Assembly (NCBI GenBank): GCA_965238175.1
Contig: CBDEGZ010000003.1
Span: forward strand, 396,357-460,356
Length of the DNA stretch: 64,000 bases
Direction: 5' to 3'
Source: Gammaproteobacteria bacterium
Lineage (GTDB): Bacteria > Pseudomonadota > Gammaproteobacteria > CAJXQU01
Made by a program: the position numbers and the translations under genes. Under the pieces are notes generated by a model. The model had not been told where the DNA came from, did not search any database, and saw nothing but the letters and a program-made list of their open reading frames with translations. Numbering within the stretch: the first letter of the stretch is position 1; every line of letters begins with the position of its first letter. Shown here in pieces: positions 54,373-64,000 of this stretch.

Positions 54373-56023
54373 AGGTTAATAATTCGCCATCTGCAAAGAC
54401 CTGATATGTTTGAGAGTCAACTTCAATTTCAGGTTGGTAGTCATTCAGTACCATATCGGTTTTGGTGATATTTCGACAATTTTTTACCACACCCACCATG
54501 CTCTTTAATCCAAGTTGTCCTGCGAGATCATCTTGTTGCGCCGCCTGTGAAACAAAGGTCATTTTTGTTGCATAGCGGGCGCCACCAAACGTTGCAAACA
54601 TAGGCCGATAATGTACGGGTTGAGGTGTTGGAATAGAGGCATTTGGATCACCCATGGGTGCTGCGGCAATCATACCGCCCTTGATAATCAAATTTGGCTT
54701 TGTTGCAAAAAAGGCAGGATCCCATAACACAAGATCAGCCAACTTACCGACCTCAACGGATCCCACCTCATGAGATATGCCATGTGTTATTGCCGGATTT
54801 ATAGTGTATTTAGCGATATAGCGTTTAGCTCTAAAATTATCAGCTTCGCGATCATTATCTAAAGCGCCGCGTTGCACTTTCATTTTATGGGCGGTTTGCC
54901 ATGTTCGAGTGATCACTTCACCAACGCGGCCCATAGCTTGTGAGTCCGATGCAATCATCGAAAAGGCGCCTAAATCATGCAAAATATCCTCAGCAGCAAT
55001 GGTTTCTCGTCGGATCCGAGACTCTGCAAACGCCACATCTTCAGCAATATTGGGATCAAGGTGATGGCAGACCATCAACATATCTAGATGTTCGTCAACG
55101 GTATTAATAGTGTAAGGCCTGGTTGGGTTAGTCGACGACGGTAAAACAAAAGGCTCACCACAGGCTTTGATAATATCGGGGGCGTGGCCGCCGCCAGCAC
55201 CTTCGGTATGATAGGTGTGAATTGTTCTCCCTTTCATAGCTGCTAAAGTATGCTCAACAAAACCAGATTCGTTTAAGGTGTCAGTATGAATTGCGACTTG
55301 CACATCCATTTTGTCTGCCACAGATAAACAAGTATCGATCGATGCCGGCGTTGTGCCCCAATCTTCATGTAATTTCAGGCCGATGGCACCTGCACGCACC
55401 TGTTCTTCAAGTGGTGCCCGGTTGCTGGCATTACCTTTAGCCAGATAACCAATATTGATCGGTAAATCTTCCGCCGCCTGTAGCATGCGATGCATATTCC
55501 AAATGCCTGGTGTACAAGTTGTGGCATTGGTGCCGGTTGCGGGTCCTGTGCCGCCGCCCAACATTGTTGTCACACCGGACATTAAAGCTTCTTCAATCTG
55601 TTGAGGACAAATAAAATGAATATGTGAATCGATTCCACCAGCCGTTAAAATCTGACCTTCGCCAGCAATAACTTCGGTTCCAGGTCCAACTAAGATAGTC
55701 ACGCCCGGCTGGATATCAGGGTTGCCTGCCTTACCAATACCGACAATACGACCATGCTTAATACCGATATCGGCTTTAATAATACCCCAGTGATCCAGTA
55801 TCAATGCATTTGTGATAACGAGATCAACAACGTCAGCATCATTACCTTGGCATTGTCCCATACCATCCCGAATTACTTTGCCGCCACCAAATTTGACTTC
55901 ATCACCATAGACAGTGTGATCCTTTTCGATTTCTATCCAGAGCTCAGTATCACCCAAACGAACACGGTCACCGGTGGTTGGGCCATACATTTCCATATAG
56001 GCTTGTCTGTTAATGGCCGTCAT
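54323..56023 (-). CDS. ureC: Urease alpha subunit
   Basis: 566 aa with MVCHHLD and the active-site His/Lys carbamate region, the urease alpha consensus. Confidence 0.97.
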   Translation of the reverse strand: MTAINRQAYMEMYGPTTGDRVRLGDTELWIEIEKDHTVYGDEVKFGGGKVIRDGMGQCQGNDADVVDLVITNALILDHWGIIKADIGIKHGRIVGIGKAGNPDIQPGVTILVGPGTEVIAGEGQILTAGGIDSHIHFICPQQIEEALMSGVTTMLGGGTGPATGTNATTCTPGIWNMHRMLQAAEDLPINIGYLAKGNASNRAPLEEQVRAGAIGLKLHEDWGTTPASIDTCLSVADKMDVQVAIHTDTLNESGFVEHTLAAMKGRTIHTYHTEGAGGGHAPDIIKACGEPFVLPSSTNPTRPYTINTVDEHLDMLMVCHHLDPNIAEDVAFAESRIRRETIAAEDILHDLGAFSMIASDSQAMGRVGEVITRTWQTAHKMKVQRGALDNDREADNFRAKRYIAKYTINPAITHGISHEVGSVEVGKLADLVLWDPAFFATKPNLIIKGGMIAAAPMGDPNASIPTPQPVHYRPMFATFGGARYATKMTFVSQAAQQDDLAGQLGLKSMVGVVKNCRNITKTDMVLNDYQPEIEVDSQTYQVFADGELLTCEPAAELPLAQRYFLF

Positions 56024-56337
56024 GATTTATGCTCCAGGGCACCCATAACTTCAGCGTTAAAACCATAAACATGACGTCTACCTACATAAGTGACCAATTC
56101 GACTTCACGTGTCTGGCCAGGTTCGAATCGTACCGCAGTACCTGCTGCTATATTCAGTCTGAAACCGTAAGCCTTTTTACGATCGAATATCAAAGCGGGA
56201 TTGATTTCAAAAAAGTGATAATGAGAGCCAACTTGTATCGGCCGATCACCTGTATTGGCGACATCAACACTGACCGTTTCTCGGCCTGTATTTAGTGTAA
56301 TATCGCCTTCTGCAACAATGACTTCACCTGGAATCAT
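56020..56337 (-). CDS. ureB: Urease beta subunit
   Basis: 105 aa matching the UreB consensus MIPGEV... Confidence 0.92.
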   Translation of the reverse strand: MIPGEVIVAEGDITLNTGRETVSVDVANTGDRPIQVGSHYHFFEINPALIFDRKKAYGFRLNIAAGTAVRFEPGQTREVELVTYVGRRHVYGFNAEVMGALEHKS

Positions 56338-56360
56338 GAGTTATTCTCCTGTGTTGAATT

Positions 56361-56663
56361 TCATACAATAGGGTCATGGACAGTGACCAGTTTGGTCCCA
56401 TCTGGAAATGTGGCTTCAACTTGTACATCATGAATCATTTCGGCTACTCCAGGCATGACATCATCACGACCCAATAACGTACGGCCGTAATTCATTAGTT
56501 CTGCCACACTCATGCCATCACGCGCACCTTCTAAAATGGCTGCGCTGATATAAGCGATCGCTTCTGGATGATTGAGTTTTAAACCACGTGCTTTACGGCG
56601 TTCGGCCAATAGTCCAGCGGTAAATAACAATAGTTTGTCTTTTTCTCTTGGAGTTAAATTCAT
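56361..56663 (-). CDS. ureA: Urease gamma subunit
   Basis: 100 aa matching Ure[24 protein letters not shown]. Confidence 0.92.
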   Translation of the reverse strand: MNLTPREKDKLLLFTAGLLAERRKARGLKLNHPEAIAYISAAILEGARDGMSVAELMNYGRTLLGRDDVMPGVAEMIHDVQVEATFPDGTKLVTVHDPIV

Positions 56664-56678
56664 TGTAATAATCCTGAT

Positions 56679-57521
56679 TTAAGTAGCCCATATTCGTGGA
56701 GGACAAGCTGTTTTTTTCAAAATAGCGGGTCTTAATACTGACCATATCGAAGTAAATAACTTGCGACATTCAGCCGTTGAATGACCCAGGTATCTGATCA
56801 ATAAACAATCTTCTAGCATTGTTGCAGCAACAAGAGGTGAATGATTGTCTGGTAAAGTGTCACGAACAGCGTCTAATAGCTGTTCATCTGTTGGACAGGC
56901 AATAAGGTTTGCCATAACAGGGTTACCGCGTAAGCCAGCTGGAGCAGCTAATCTGTCTGCCATGATCTGTATGCATTCCATCACTACAGGCCGACCCTCT
57001 TTGTACAAAGAAAAATCCAAATCTAAGCGACCGGATGAAAAGTGTTCTTGATTAGTCGGTAAACCAAGGCAATGTGTTTCCCAGCCTAAAAAATGAGTAT
57101 TTGCGGCTAAATCTATCCGTGTATGCATCTGTACTTGTGCGCCCGGGAAATAGATGTTTTCTTGTGGCAACCATTCCAGAATTCCGAGTTCATCGACATG
57201 CAAATTTTGTTGTTGATGAGCAGTGTCACCTTGGCTACGATAAAACTTCGTTGCTCCAGGGGTGGTTAATAATGTGTGAGCTTGTTTTTGAACATCAGCA
57301 TTAATTGTTAGAGTATCTCCGCCGACAACCCCACCGGGGGGATGAAGCAGGTACAAATGACAGACGTCACCTTCTGGATAAAAAGCACGTTGAACACTCA
57401 ATGGCCCACGTTGTTGACGCTGTGACAACACTGTTTTTTGATCCCGACGACAAAACTGTAAATCGAGCTGCGCTTGCCAACCTGTCGATTCTGCGATGTC
57501 GGTGTCCATGACTTGCTTCAT
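56679..57521 (-). CDS. ureD: Urease accessory protein UreD
   Basis: 280 aa at the first position of the ure operon, with UreD-like motifs. Confidence 0.8.
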   Translation of the reverse strand: MKQVMDTDIAESTGWQAQLDLQFCRRDQKTVLSQRQQRGPLSVQRAFYPEGDVCHLYLLHPPGGVVGGDTLTINADVQKQAHTLLTTPGATKFYRSQGDTAHQQQNLHVDELGILEWLPQENIYFPGAQVQMHTRIDLAANTHFLGWETHCLGLPTNQEHFSSGRLDLDFSLYKEGRPVVMECIQIMADRLAAPAGLRGNPVMANLIACPTDEQLLDAVRDTLPDNHSPLVAATMLEDCLLIRYLGHSTAECRKLFTSIWSVLRPAILKKTACPPRIWAT

Positions 57522-58213
57522 ACAGTTAGATATTCCTTAACAAGATCGTCATTGAGATCAGCGATATTACCGCTTGCTACCGCTCTACCACGCTCCATAA
57601 TCACAAAGTGATCAGCGACTTTTCTGGTGATCGGTAATTTTTGTTCAACCAATAAAACAGTTAAACCTATTTCTTTATTGAGGCGATTAATAATGTCTCC
57701 AATTTCTTGTACGATATTGGGTTGGATCCCTTCCGTTGGTTCATCCAGAATCAACATTTTTGGATCGAGTACCAAGGCACGTCCAATTGCTAATTGCTGT
57801 TGTTGTCCACCAGAAAGATCACCACCGCGGCGGCCTAACATTTCCTTTAAAACTGGAAACATTTCGTAGATAAAATCAGGAATCGTTCGACTTTTATCTC
57901 TGCGAGCTGACAAGCCGATTTTGAGGTTTTCTTCTACCGTTAACAAAGGGAATATTTGTCGCCCTTGTGGTACATAACCTATGCCTAGTCCAGCTCGTTG
58001 TTCGGCAGAAAAGGTGGTTAAATCGTGATTTTCAAAGATCATGCTGCCAGATTGAATAGGTAAGACACCCATCACACTTTGTACTAATGTTGTTTTACCA
58101 ACACCATTTCGACCCATAATACAGGTACATTTTCCTTTAGCGATATCGAGTTCCAAATCCCATAAAGTATGGCTTTCACCATAAAACTGATTGAGTTTTT
58201 TGATTTTTAACAC
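57518..58213 (-). CDS. urtE: Urea ABC transporter ATP-binding protein UrtE
   Basis: ABC ATPase with Walker A GRNGVGKTT and the LSGGQQQ signature. It is the last of five transporter genes upstream of ure. Confidence 0.85.
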   Translation of the reverse strand: MLKIKKLNQFYGESHTLWDLELDIAKGKCTCIMGRNGVGKTTLVQSVMGVLPIQSGSMIFENHDLTTFSAEQRAGLGIGYVPQGRQIFPLLTVEENLKIGLSARRDKSRTIPDFIYEMFPVLKEMLGRRGGDLSGGQQQQLAIGRALVLDPKMLILDEPTEGIQPNIVQEIGDIINRLNKEIGLTVLLVEQKLPITRKVADHFVIMERGRAVASGNIADLNDDLVKEYLTV

Positions 58214-58215
58214 TT

Positions 58216-59046
58216 TTAACTCCCTAGATATACTTCAATAACGCGAGGATCATTTTGCACCTCATCCATACTGCCTTCAGCCAATACGGAGCCCTGGTGC
58301 AATACCGTCACTGTTTTAGCAATAGAACGGACAAAATCCATATCATGCTCAACCACCACAACTGAATGCTCACCTGCTAATGAAGTTAATAATTCACCAG
58401 TCTTATCCATTTCCTGGTGTGTCATACCCGCAACAGGCTCATCAACCAATAATAGCCGTGGTCGTTGCATCAGCAACATGCCGATTTCCAGCCATTGCTT
58501 TTGACCATGAGACAGTACGCCTGCACGTTGCATAGCATGTTCTTGTAGGCCAATTTTGACTAAAACAAGGTCGATATCATCACGTTGTTCACCTGTTAAT
58601 CGTGCAAATAAGGTTGTCCAAACACCTTTATTGCCGTGCATTGCTAATGCTAAATTTTCAAACACGGTATGATTTTCAAACACGGTCGGTTTTTGAAATT
58701 TACGTCCGATACCTGCGTTAGCAATGTCCGGTTCGCTCATATTCAATAAATTCATCGTCTGACCGAAATAAACCGTACCAGTGTCAGGCCGTGTTTTGCC
58801 GGTAATAATATCCATCATTGTCGTTTTACCTGCACCATTAGGGCCGATAATGCAGCGCAACTCACCATCATTGATATAAAGGTTAAGGTCGTTTATGGCT
58901 TTAAAACCATCGAAGCTTACGGACACGTCTTCCATATAGAGGATGATGTTTTTCTTAACATCAAGGTTGGGGTTGATTTCGGGCATCAAAAAATCAAAGA
59001 CTTGATCGCGACGCATCAATTTTCGAACATCTTCTAAAGCACTCAT
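58216..59046 (-). CDS. urtD: Urea ABC transporter ATP-binding protein UrtD
   Basis: ABC ATPase with GPNGAGKTT and LSHGQKQ. Confidence 0.85.
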   Translation of the reverse strand: MSALEDVRKLMRRDQVFDFLMPEINPNLDVKKNIILYMEDVSVSFDGFKAINDLNLYINDGELRCIIGPNGAGKTTMMDIITGKTRPDTGTVYFGQTMNLLNMSEPDIANAGIGRKFQKPTVFENHTVFENLALAMHGNKGVWTTLFARLTGEQRDDIDLVLVKIGLQEHAMQRAGVLSHGQKQWLEIGMLLMQRPRLLLVDEPVAGMTHQEMDKTGELLTSLAGEHSVVVVEHDMDFVRSIAKTVTVLHQGSVLAEGSMDEVQNDPRVIEVYLGS

Positions 59047-60131
59047 GCGTGCGCCTCCTTATGGCGATTGAATAAACCGGCCACGCCACGAGGTAAATAC
59101 ATAGTGGCGAAGATAAATAAGCCTCCTAAAGCATAGAGCCAAACTTCCGGTAGTGCTCCTGTAAAGTAGGTCTTAGATAAGTTCACTAAAATAGCGCCAA
59201 CAACGGCACCATAGAGTGTAGAACGACCACCAATGGCAACCCAGATAACAACCTCTATTGAAAATAAGGGTGAAAATTCACCAGGATTAATAATCGCCAC
59301 TTGAGAGACATATAATGCACCGGCGATACCCGCTAAAATTGCCGAAAACGTGAAGATCCATAACTTTACGTTTTCAACGCGGTAGCCAAGAAAACGTAAT
59401 CTATCTTCGCTATCTCTGACAGCAATGGCGACACGCCCTAATTTAGATTGCACGATAGCGCGACAGGCGATATAGCCACCTGCAAGTGCGATGGCAGAAG
59501 CGAGGAATAAACTAATTCGGGTGGTATCACTTTGTAATGAAAACCCAAGAATATCTTTAAAGTCGGTTAGGCCGTTATTACCACCAAACCCCATTTCGTT
59601 ACGGAAAAAGGCCAGCATTAATGCGTAGGTCAATGCCTGTGTGATAATCGATAAATATACACCCGTGACGCGAGAACGAAAGGTCAGCCAACCAAATAAA
59701 AAGGCCATCACACCGGGTACAAAAATAATCATTAAGGCAGCAAACCAGAAATGATCAAACCCGAGCCAGAACCACGGCAATTCTTTCCAATCAAGAAAGA
59801 CCATAAAGTCCGGTAAAATTGGATCACCATAGACACCTCGATCACCAATTTGACGCATCAAATACATGCCCATGGCGTAACCACCCAAGGCAAAAAAAGC
59901 ACCATGGCCCAAGGTTAAAATACCCAAAATGCCCCAGACTAAATCGACGGCTATCGCTAATAAGGCATAGGTTAAATATTTACCGAGCAAGGTGACCGTG
60001 TAAGTGCTTATATGAAACACATTGCCTTCAGGTACAAACAAGTTAAGTAGTGGCACAATCATGCTAACTGTCAACAGCACTATTAAGAAAATTTGACCAC
60101 CACGATCATTTTTTAGAATATTCATCAACAT
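59043..60131 (-). CDS. urtC: Urea ABC transporter permease UrtC
   Basis: A branched-chain-type (LivM-like) permease fold within the urt context. Confidence 0.85.
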   Translation of the reverse strand: MLMNILKNDRGGQIFLIVLLTVSMIVPLLNLFVPEGNVFHISTYTVTLLGKYLTYALLAIAVDLVWGILGILTLGHGAFFALGGYAMGMYLMRQIGDRGVYGDPILPDFMVFLDWKELPWFWLGFDHFWFAALMIIFVPGVMAFLFGWLTFRSRVTGVYLSIITQALTYALMLAFFRNEMGFGGNNGLTDFKDILGFSLQSDTTRISLFLASAIALAGGYIACRAIVQSKLGRVAIAVRDSEDRLRFLGYRVENVKLWIFTFSAILAGIAGALYVSQVAIINPGEFSPLFSIEVVIWVAIGGRSTLYGAVVGAILVNLSKTYFTGALPEVWLYALGGLFIFATMYLPRGVAGLFNRHKEAHA

Positions 60132-60178
60132 AATCTCTCTCCATCACACTTATATTTATTCACAGGTTTAATCTTGTT

Positions 60179-61786
60179 TTAAGCCGAACGGCCCTTTTGT
60201 GGAAACAGCCCTTTCGGTCGTTTCTGAATAAATAAAATAATGAATATTAAAACCAATATTTTTGCTAATACGGCACCAGACCAAGGTTCTAGTAATTTAT
60301 TGGTGACGCCTAAACCTAAGCCCGCGATTAAAGTGCCCCACAAATTACCGACTCCCCCAAACACCACGACCATGAAGGAATCGATGATATAAGCTTGGCC
60401 CAGATTAGGGCCAACATTGGTGAGTTGGCTTAATGCGACGCCCGCGACACCGGCTATCCCTGAACCCAAGCCAAAAGTTATTGCATCAACCCAATTTGCT
60501 TTAACACCCATCGACCGCGCCATAGATCGGTTTTGTGATACTGCGCGAACCTGTAAACCCAGGCGGGTTTTGTTGAGAATGGCAAATAAAGCAGCAAACA
60601 CGATCAGGCTGAAGATGATGATATAAAGTCGGTTCCATGTCAGTGCTAATACGTCATTGATCTGCCAGACACCACTCATCCATGACGGTGCTTCGACGGC
60701 CATATTGAGGGGGCCAAATAGTGATCGAACAAGTTGCTGAAGAACTAAGCTAACCCCAAAAGTGGCCAATAATGTTTCTAGTGGCCGGCCATATAAAAAG
60801 CGAATAATGCCGCGTTCAATTAGAATTCCGACAATACCTGAAACAATAAATGCTAATGGGATAGCAATAAGAACAGAATATTCGATCAGATTAGGTAACC
60901 AGGCTTGCACGAGATAAGTGGTATAAGCACCTAGCATAATAAGTTCGCCGTGAGCCATATTAATAACGCCCATAACGCCGAAAGTGATTGCGAGTCCTAT
61001 CGCGGCTAATACCAAAACCGAGCCAAGGCTTAAGCCAAAGAACAGCGTCTCTATTTTGTTGTAACGTTGCACTCTGATATCGATTTTTTTTAATACGTTT
61101 CGAGCGGCTCTTTTGATTTTGGGATCAACATCACTGGAGATAAGATCAGCTAGTACCTGTTGAACACTGGGGTGGACACTGTCTTTAAGTTGTGAAATTA
61201 GTGCTAATGTGTCGCCCTGGCCGGATTTAAGTTTCAATGTGGCAATGGCAACGTTAAGTAATGTTTTAACGTCGTCATTTTGCTCGATCGCGAGGCGGGT
61301 TTCTAAAGCGGTTATTTGTTCAATATCAATTTGGCTTAATGCTTGTTGTATAGCATGAATGCGGATATTTGCAGCGTCATCATTAAGCTCGATCATCGCC
61401 AGGGTATCACGCAATTTTGTCCGAATTTTGTTATTGATAATAATTTTTTTCCATGCTTTACCCGGTTCACCGGCTATGGTTTCGCCAGTCAACACATTTG
61501 TTATTTTTGCAGCTCCTTTCTTCTTGATAATCGCCACAACTTTATCTGACTTTCTGTAGTACAACTCACTACTCAAGAGTGCGTTGATGACACCCGGTAG
61601 CCGATCATCGCCTGTTGTTGTAATGGTATTGATCGCCTGAGTACGTACTTTTATTTTGGAAGCAGTGAGCTTATTTAAAGCAGATGAGAAATTGGACGGT
61701 ATTGATTCAACAGTCGCGGATAGGGCTGAAATAATTGGTAAGATTGTAAAAATCAGAACCAATAAAAATTTAGTTATGTGCGTCAT
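60179..61786 (-). CDS. urtB: Urea ABC transporter permease UrtB (with long N-terminal periplasmic extension)
   Basis: 535 aa. An N-terminal extension of about 240 aa is followed by a LivH-like permease core. Confidence 0.85.
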   Translation of the reverse strand: MTHITKFLLVLIFTILPIISALSATVESIPSNFSSALNKLTASKIKVRTQAINTITTTGDDRLPGVINALLSSELYYRKSDKVVAIIKKKGAAKITNVLTGETIAGEPGKAWKKIIINNKIRTKLRDTLAMIELNDDAANIRIHAIQQALSQIDIEQITALETRLAIEQNDDVKTLLNVAIATLKLKSGQGDTLALISQLKDSVHPSVQQVLADLISSDVDPKIKRAARNVLKKIDIRVQRYNKIETLFFGLSLGSVLVLAAIGLAITFGVMGVINMAHGELIMLGAYTTYLVQAWLPNLIEYSVLIAIPLAFIVSGIVGILIERGIIRFLYGRPLETLLATFGVSLVLQQLVRSLFGPLNMAVEAPSWMSGVWQINDVLALTWNRLYIIIFSLIVFAALFAILNKTRLGLQVRAVSQNRSMARSMGVKANWVDAITFGLGSGIAGVAGVALSQLTNVGPNLGQAYIIDSFMVVVFGGVGNLWGTLIAGLGLGVTNKLLEPWSGAVLAKILVLIFIILFIQKRPKGLFPQKGRSA

Positions 61787-61915
61787 TGCATTAACTCTTT
61801 AAATTGAAATCGATGTATTCAAAAATAGATCAATAGGAAATTTGTTTATAATTTGGGATTTAATAAGAAAAGTGCGTAACCAGAGGTTACGCACTTTTCT
61901 CTTTAACAGATTTAC

Positions 61916-63223
61916 TTAAAAATTTTGACCAGAACATTTAAATGTTTTGACGTTGTAGTTACCGCAAGCAAGCGGTGCACGCCAATCTGAAATAATGTCT
62001 TTAGATCCTTCTAAGTAGTCGGACCAGGCATCGCCGACAACTAAACCAGATGTTTCCCATACCGTACCAAACTGGCCATCATCTTGAATCTCACCAATAA
62101 GCACCGGTTTTGTTATATGATGGTTTGGCATCATCGCTGAGTAACCACCTGTCAGGTTAGGTACAGAAACACCAATAATCGCCTCCTGCACGGCAGTGGG
62201 ATCTGTTGTGCCTGCTTTTTCGACTGCTTTAACCCACATATTGAAACCTATGTAATGGGCTTCCATCGGGTCATTGGTGACACGATTTTCATCTTTAGTG
62301 TAATTATGCCAGGCAGAAATAAATTCAGAATTACTGTCCGCTTCTACACTCATAAAATAGTTCCAGGCAGCAAGGTGACCGACCAGAGGTTTGGTATCCA
62401 TGCCTGACAACTCTTCCTCACCAACCGAGAAAGCAACAACAGGAATGTCTTCAGCAGAAATACCTTGATTCGCTAATTCTTTATAGAAAGGAACGTTAGC
62501 ATCACCATTGATGGTTGAAATGACCGCTGTTTTTTTGCCTGCAGAACCAAACTTTTTAACATCCGACACAATGGACTGCCAATCAGAATGACCAAACGGT
62601 GTGTAATTGATCATAATATCTTCAGCTGCGATGCCTTTTGATTTCAAATAAGCTTCAAGAATTTTATTGGTTGTGCGAGGGTATACATAGTCTGTCCCTG
62701 CCAACACCCAGCGTTCCACCTCAAGGTCATCCATCAAATAATCAACAGCTGGTATCGCTTGTTGATTTGGTGCAGCACCCGTGTAGAAGACATTTTTAGA
62801 GGATTCTTCACCTTCATATTGCACAGGGTAAAATAGGAGACTGTTAGCTTCTTCAAAGACAGGCAATACTGATTTACGTGATACCGATGTCCAGCAACCA
62901 AAGACCGCTGACACCTTCTTTTTATCGACTAACTCTTTCGCCTTTTCAGCAAATAATGGCCAGTTTGAAGCCGGATCAACGACAACCGCCTCAAGTTGTT
63001 GACCCAACACGCCGCCTTTTTTATTTTGCTCTTCGATCAGCATCAACATTGTATCTTTTAATGTTGTCTCACTGATCGCCATCGTGCCTGATAACGAATG
63101 TAATACACCGACTTTTATTGTGTCATCAGCGGCATAGAGTGAGCCAGACATAGTGCTTATTAGTAGACTGCCTGATACGAGTGACGTGACTAAACTACGT
63201 TTAAAATTTTGTTTATTACTCAT
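61916..63223 (-). CDS. urtA: Urea ABC transporter substrate-binding protein UrtA
   Basis: 435 aa with a signal peptide and a LivJ-like periplasmic binding fold. It is the first gene of urtABCDE. Confidence 0.85.
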   Translation of the reverse strand: MSNKQNFKRSLVTSLVSGSLLISTMSGSLYAADDTIKVGVLHSLSGTMAISETTLKDTMLMLIEEQNKKGGVLGQQLEAVVVDPASNWPLFAEKAKELVDKKKVSAVFGCWTSVSRKSVLPVFEEANSLLFYPVQYEGEESSKNVFYTGAAPNQQAIPAVDYLMDDLEVERWVLAGTDYVYPRTTNKILEAYLKSKGIAAEDIMINYTPFGHSDWQSIVSDVKKFGSAGKKTAVISTINGDANVPFYKELANQGISAEDIPVVAFSVGEEELSGMDTKPLVGHLAAWNYFMSVEADSNSEFISAWHNYTKDENRVTNDPMEAHYIGFNMWVKAVEKAGTTDPTAVQEAIIGVSVPNLTGGYSAMMPNHHITKPVLIGEIQDDGQFGTVWETSGLVVGDAWSDYLEGSKDIISDWRAPLACGNYNVKTFKCSGQNF

Positions 63224-63259
63224 GGTTCATTTCTCCAGAATGTTTAAAGGTTGGGGATA

Positions 63260-64000
63260 TTAGTATTGGTACTGAAGCCCGACTTTGAAGGTATCAAGGT
63301 CTTTACCACCGCTTGATGCTATGTCACCAGTTTGGTACATGACGGAGATCCGTGCGTTGTGGCCGTCGATGATGTAGTTAAAGCCAATATCGAGCTCATC
63401 ACTGTCTGCCCCCGCATCTGGGCTTATATCAGTAAAGCGAACATAAGGCTGAAATTTACCGATACCGACTTCAATTGGGATTAAGTAGAGTGCCGTAGCT
63501 GTCCAGGCATCGCCTTCAAACAGACCAATTCCGCCGGCCTTGCTATCAGTATCAAAATTTTTATATTCCGCTTCGACTGTTACAACACCCTCATTTTCAA
63601 GTACGGTTTCGTACAAAGCATCAATGCTATAACCTTTAAAATCACCCGGATCCACAGCTGTGCCGGTACCATCTTCTTGATATTGCATTGCTAAACCGAC
63701 AGTAAAAATGTCGCTTTCATTACCGTAATAAGTACTACTGGTGTAATACCCTGGGTTCTTTTCAACGTTTAAGAAGTTGTAACTTAAACGAGCACCATAT
63801 AAAAAGTTGTCATCTTCATTCGATATACCTTCCAAACCTTCGAAAACGCCTAGCGCGTAAGTGAATTTGCCCTTGCTTCCCAAAGCACCCCAGACGGTGA
63901 TGCCATCATCACGACCATATACACCCGCACCACCATCATTGTGGGTTACACTTTGATCTGACGGGTAAAAGGGTGTTTTATTGAAGTCGTAAGTATTCGC
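63260..64000 (-). CDS. Outer-membrane beta-barrel porin (5' end outside window), possibly urea/amide-associated
   Basis: The frame is open to the window edge. Alternating amphipathic beta-strands and a C-terminal ...FKVGLQYQY aromatic terminus are present. It lies immediately upstream of urtA. Confidence 0.5.
   Translation of the reverse strand, partial: ANTYDFNKTPFYPSDQSVTHNDGGAGVYGRDDGITVWGALGSKGKFTYALGVFEGLEGISNEDDNFLYGARLSYNFLNVEKNPGYYTSSTYYGNESDIFTVGLAMQYQEDGTGTAVDPGDFKGYSIDALYETVLENEGVVTVEAEYKNFDTDSKAGGIGLFEGDAWTATALYLIPIEVGIGKFQPYVRFTDISPDAGADSDELDIGFNYIIDGHNARISVMYQTGDIASSGGKDLDTFKVGLQYQY

Overview
This window is an AT-rich gammaproteobacterial chromosome segment with Pseudomonas-like gene order that includes the replication-origin neighbourhood.

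The core (housekeeping) content is:
- tag (3' end), then a cupin, a glutaredoxin-like protein and a XoxF/PedH-type PQQ dehydrogenase.
- waaF–waaC convergent with a Zn-finger gene, ilvE and glnE.
- A six-gene sugar-modification operon, groESL and hemB.
- pcnB–folK–dNK–panB–panC–cinA-like.
- gloA, ctaA and bioDCHFB, comF, then gyrB–recF–dnaN–dnaA and rpmH–rnpA–yidD–yidC–mnmE.
- ureGF(E)CBAD with urtEDCBA and a porin.

Two degraded accessory patches interrupt this core:
- Patch 1 (about 16.4–21.6 kb, between groES and hemB) carries IS5-like transposase remnants, an orphan C-terminal gene fragment and an overlapping Pnk-like 5'-kinase plus Thg1-like protein (TLP) gene pair. It also carries a membrane-anchored protein and a secreted transglutaminase-like protein.
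- Patch 2 (about 27.7–34.7 kb) carries divergent rtcR and sigma54-driven rtcB with no rtcA. rtcB is followed by two back-to-back non-canonical tRNA-like elements, then a truncated response-regulator stub, an SPFH/band-7 gene, a zinc-ribbon gene, and an IS481-family element that appears to truncate an ORF beside gloA.

The most interesting signal is the clustering of RNA end-repair functions: Pnk–TLP, RtcR/RtcB and the tRNA-like RNAs. A second point of interest is the unassigned polyprenyl-phosphate-sugar-type operon (GT2, FAD oxidoreductase, SDR, TIM barrel, SMR/ArnE-like, GT2) next to glnE.

No CRISPR array, rRNA gene or intact prophage was seen.
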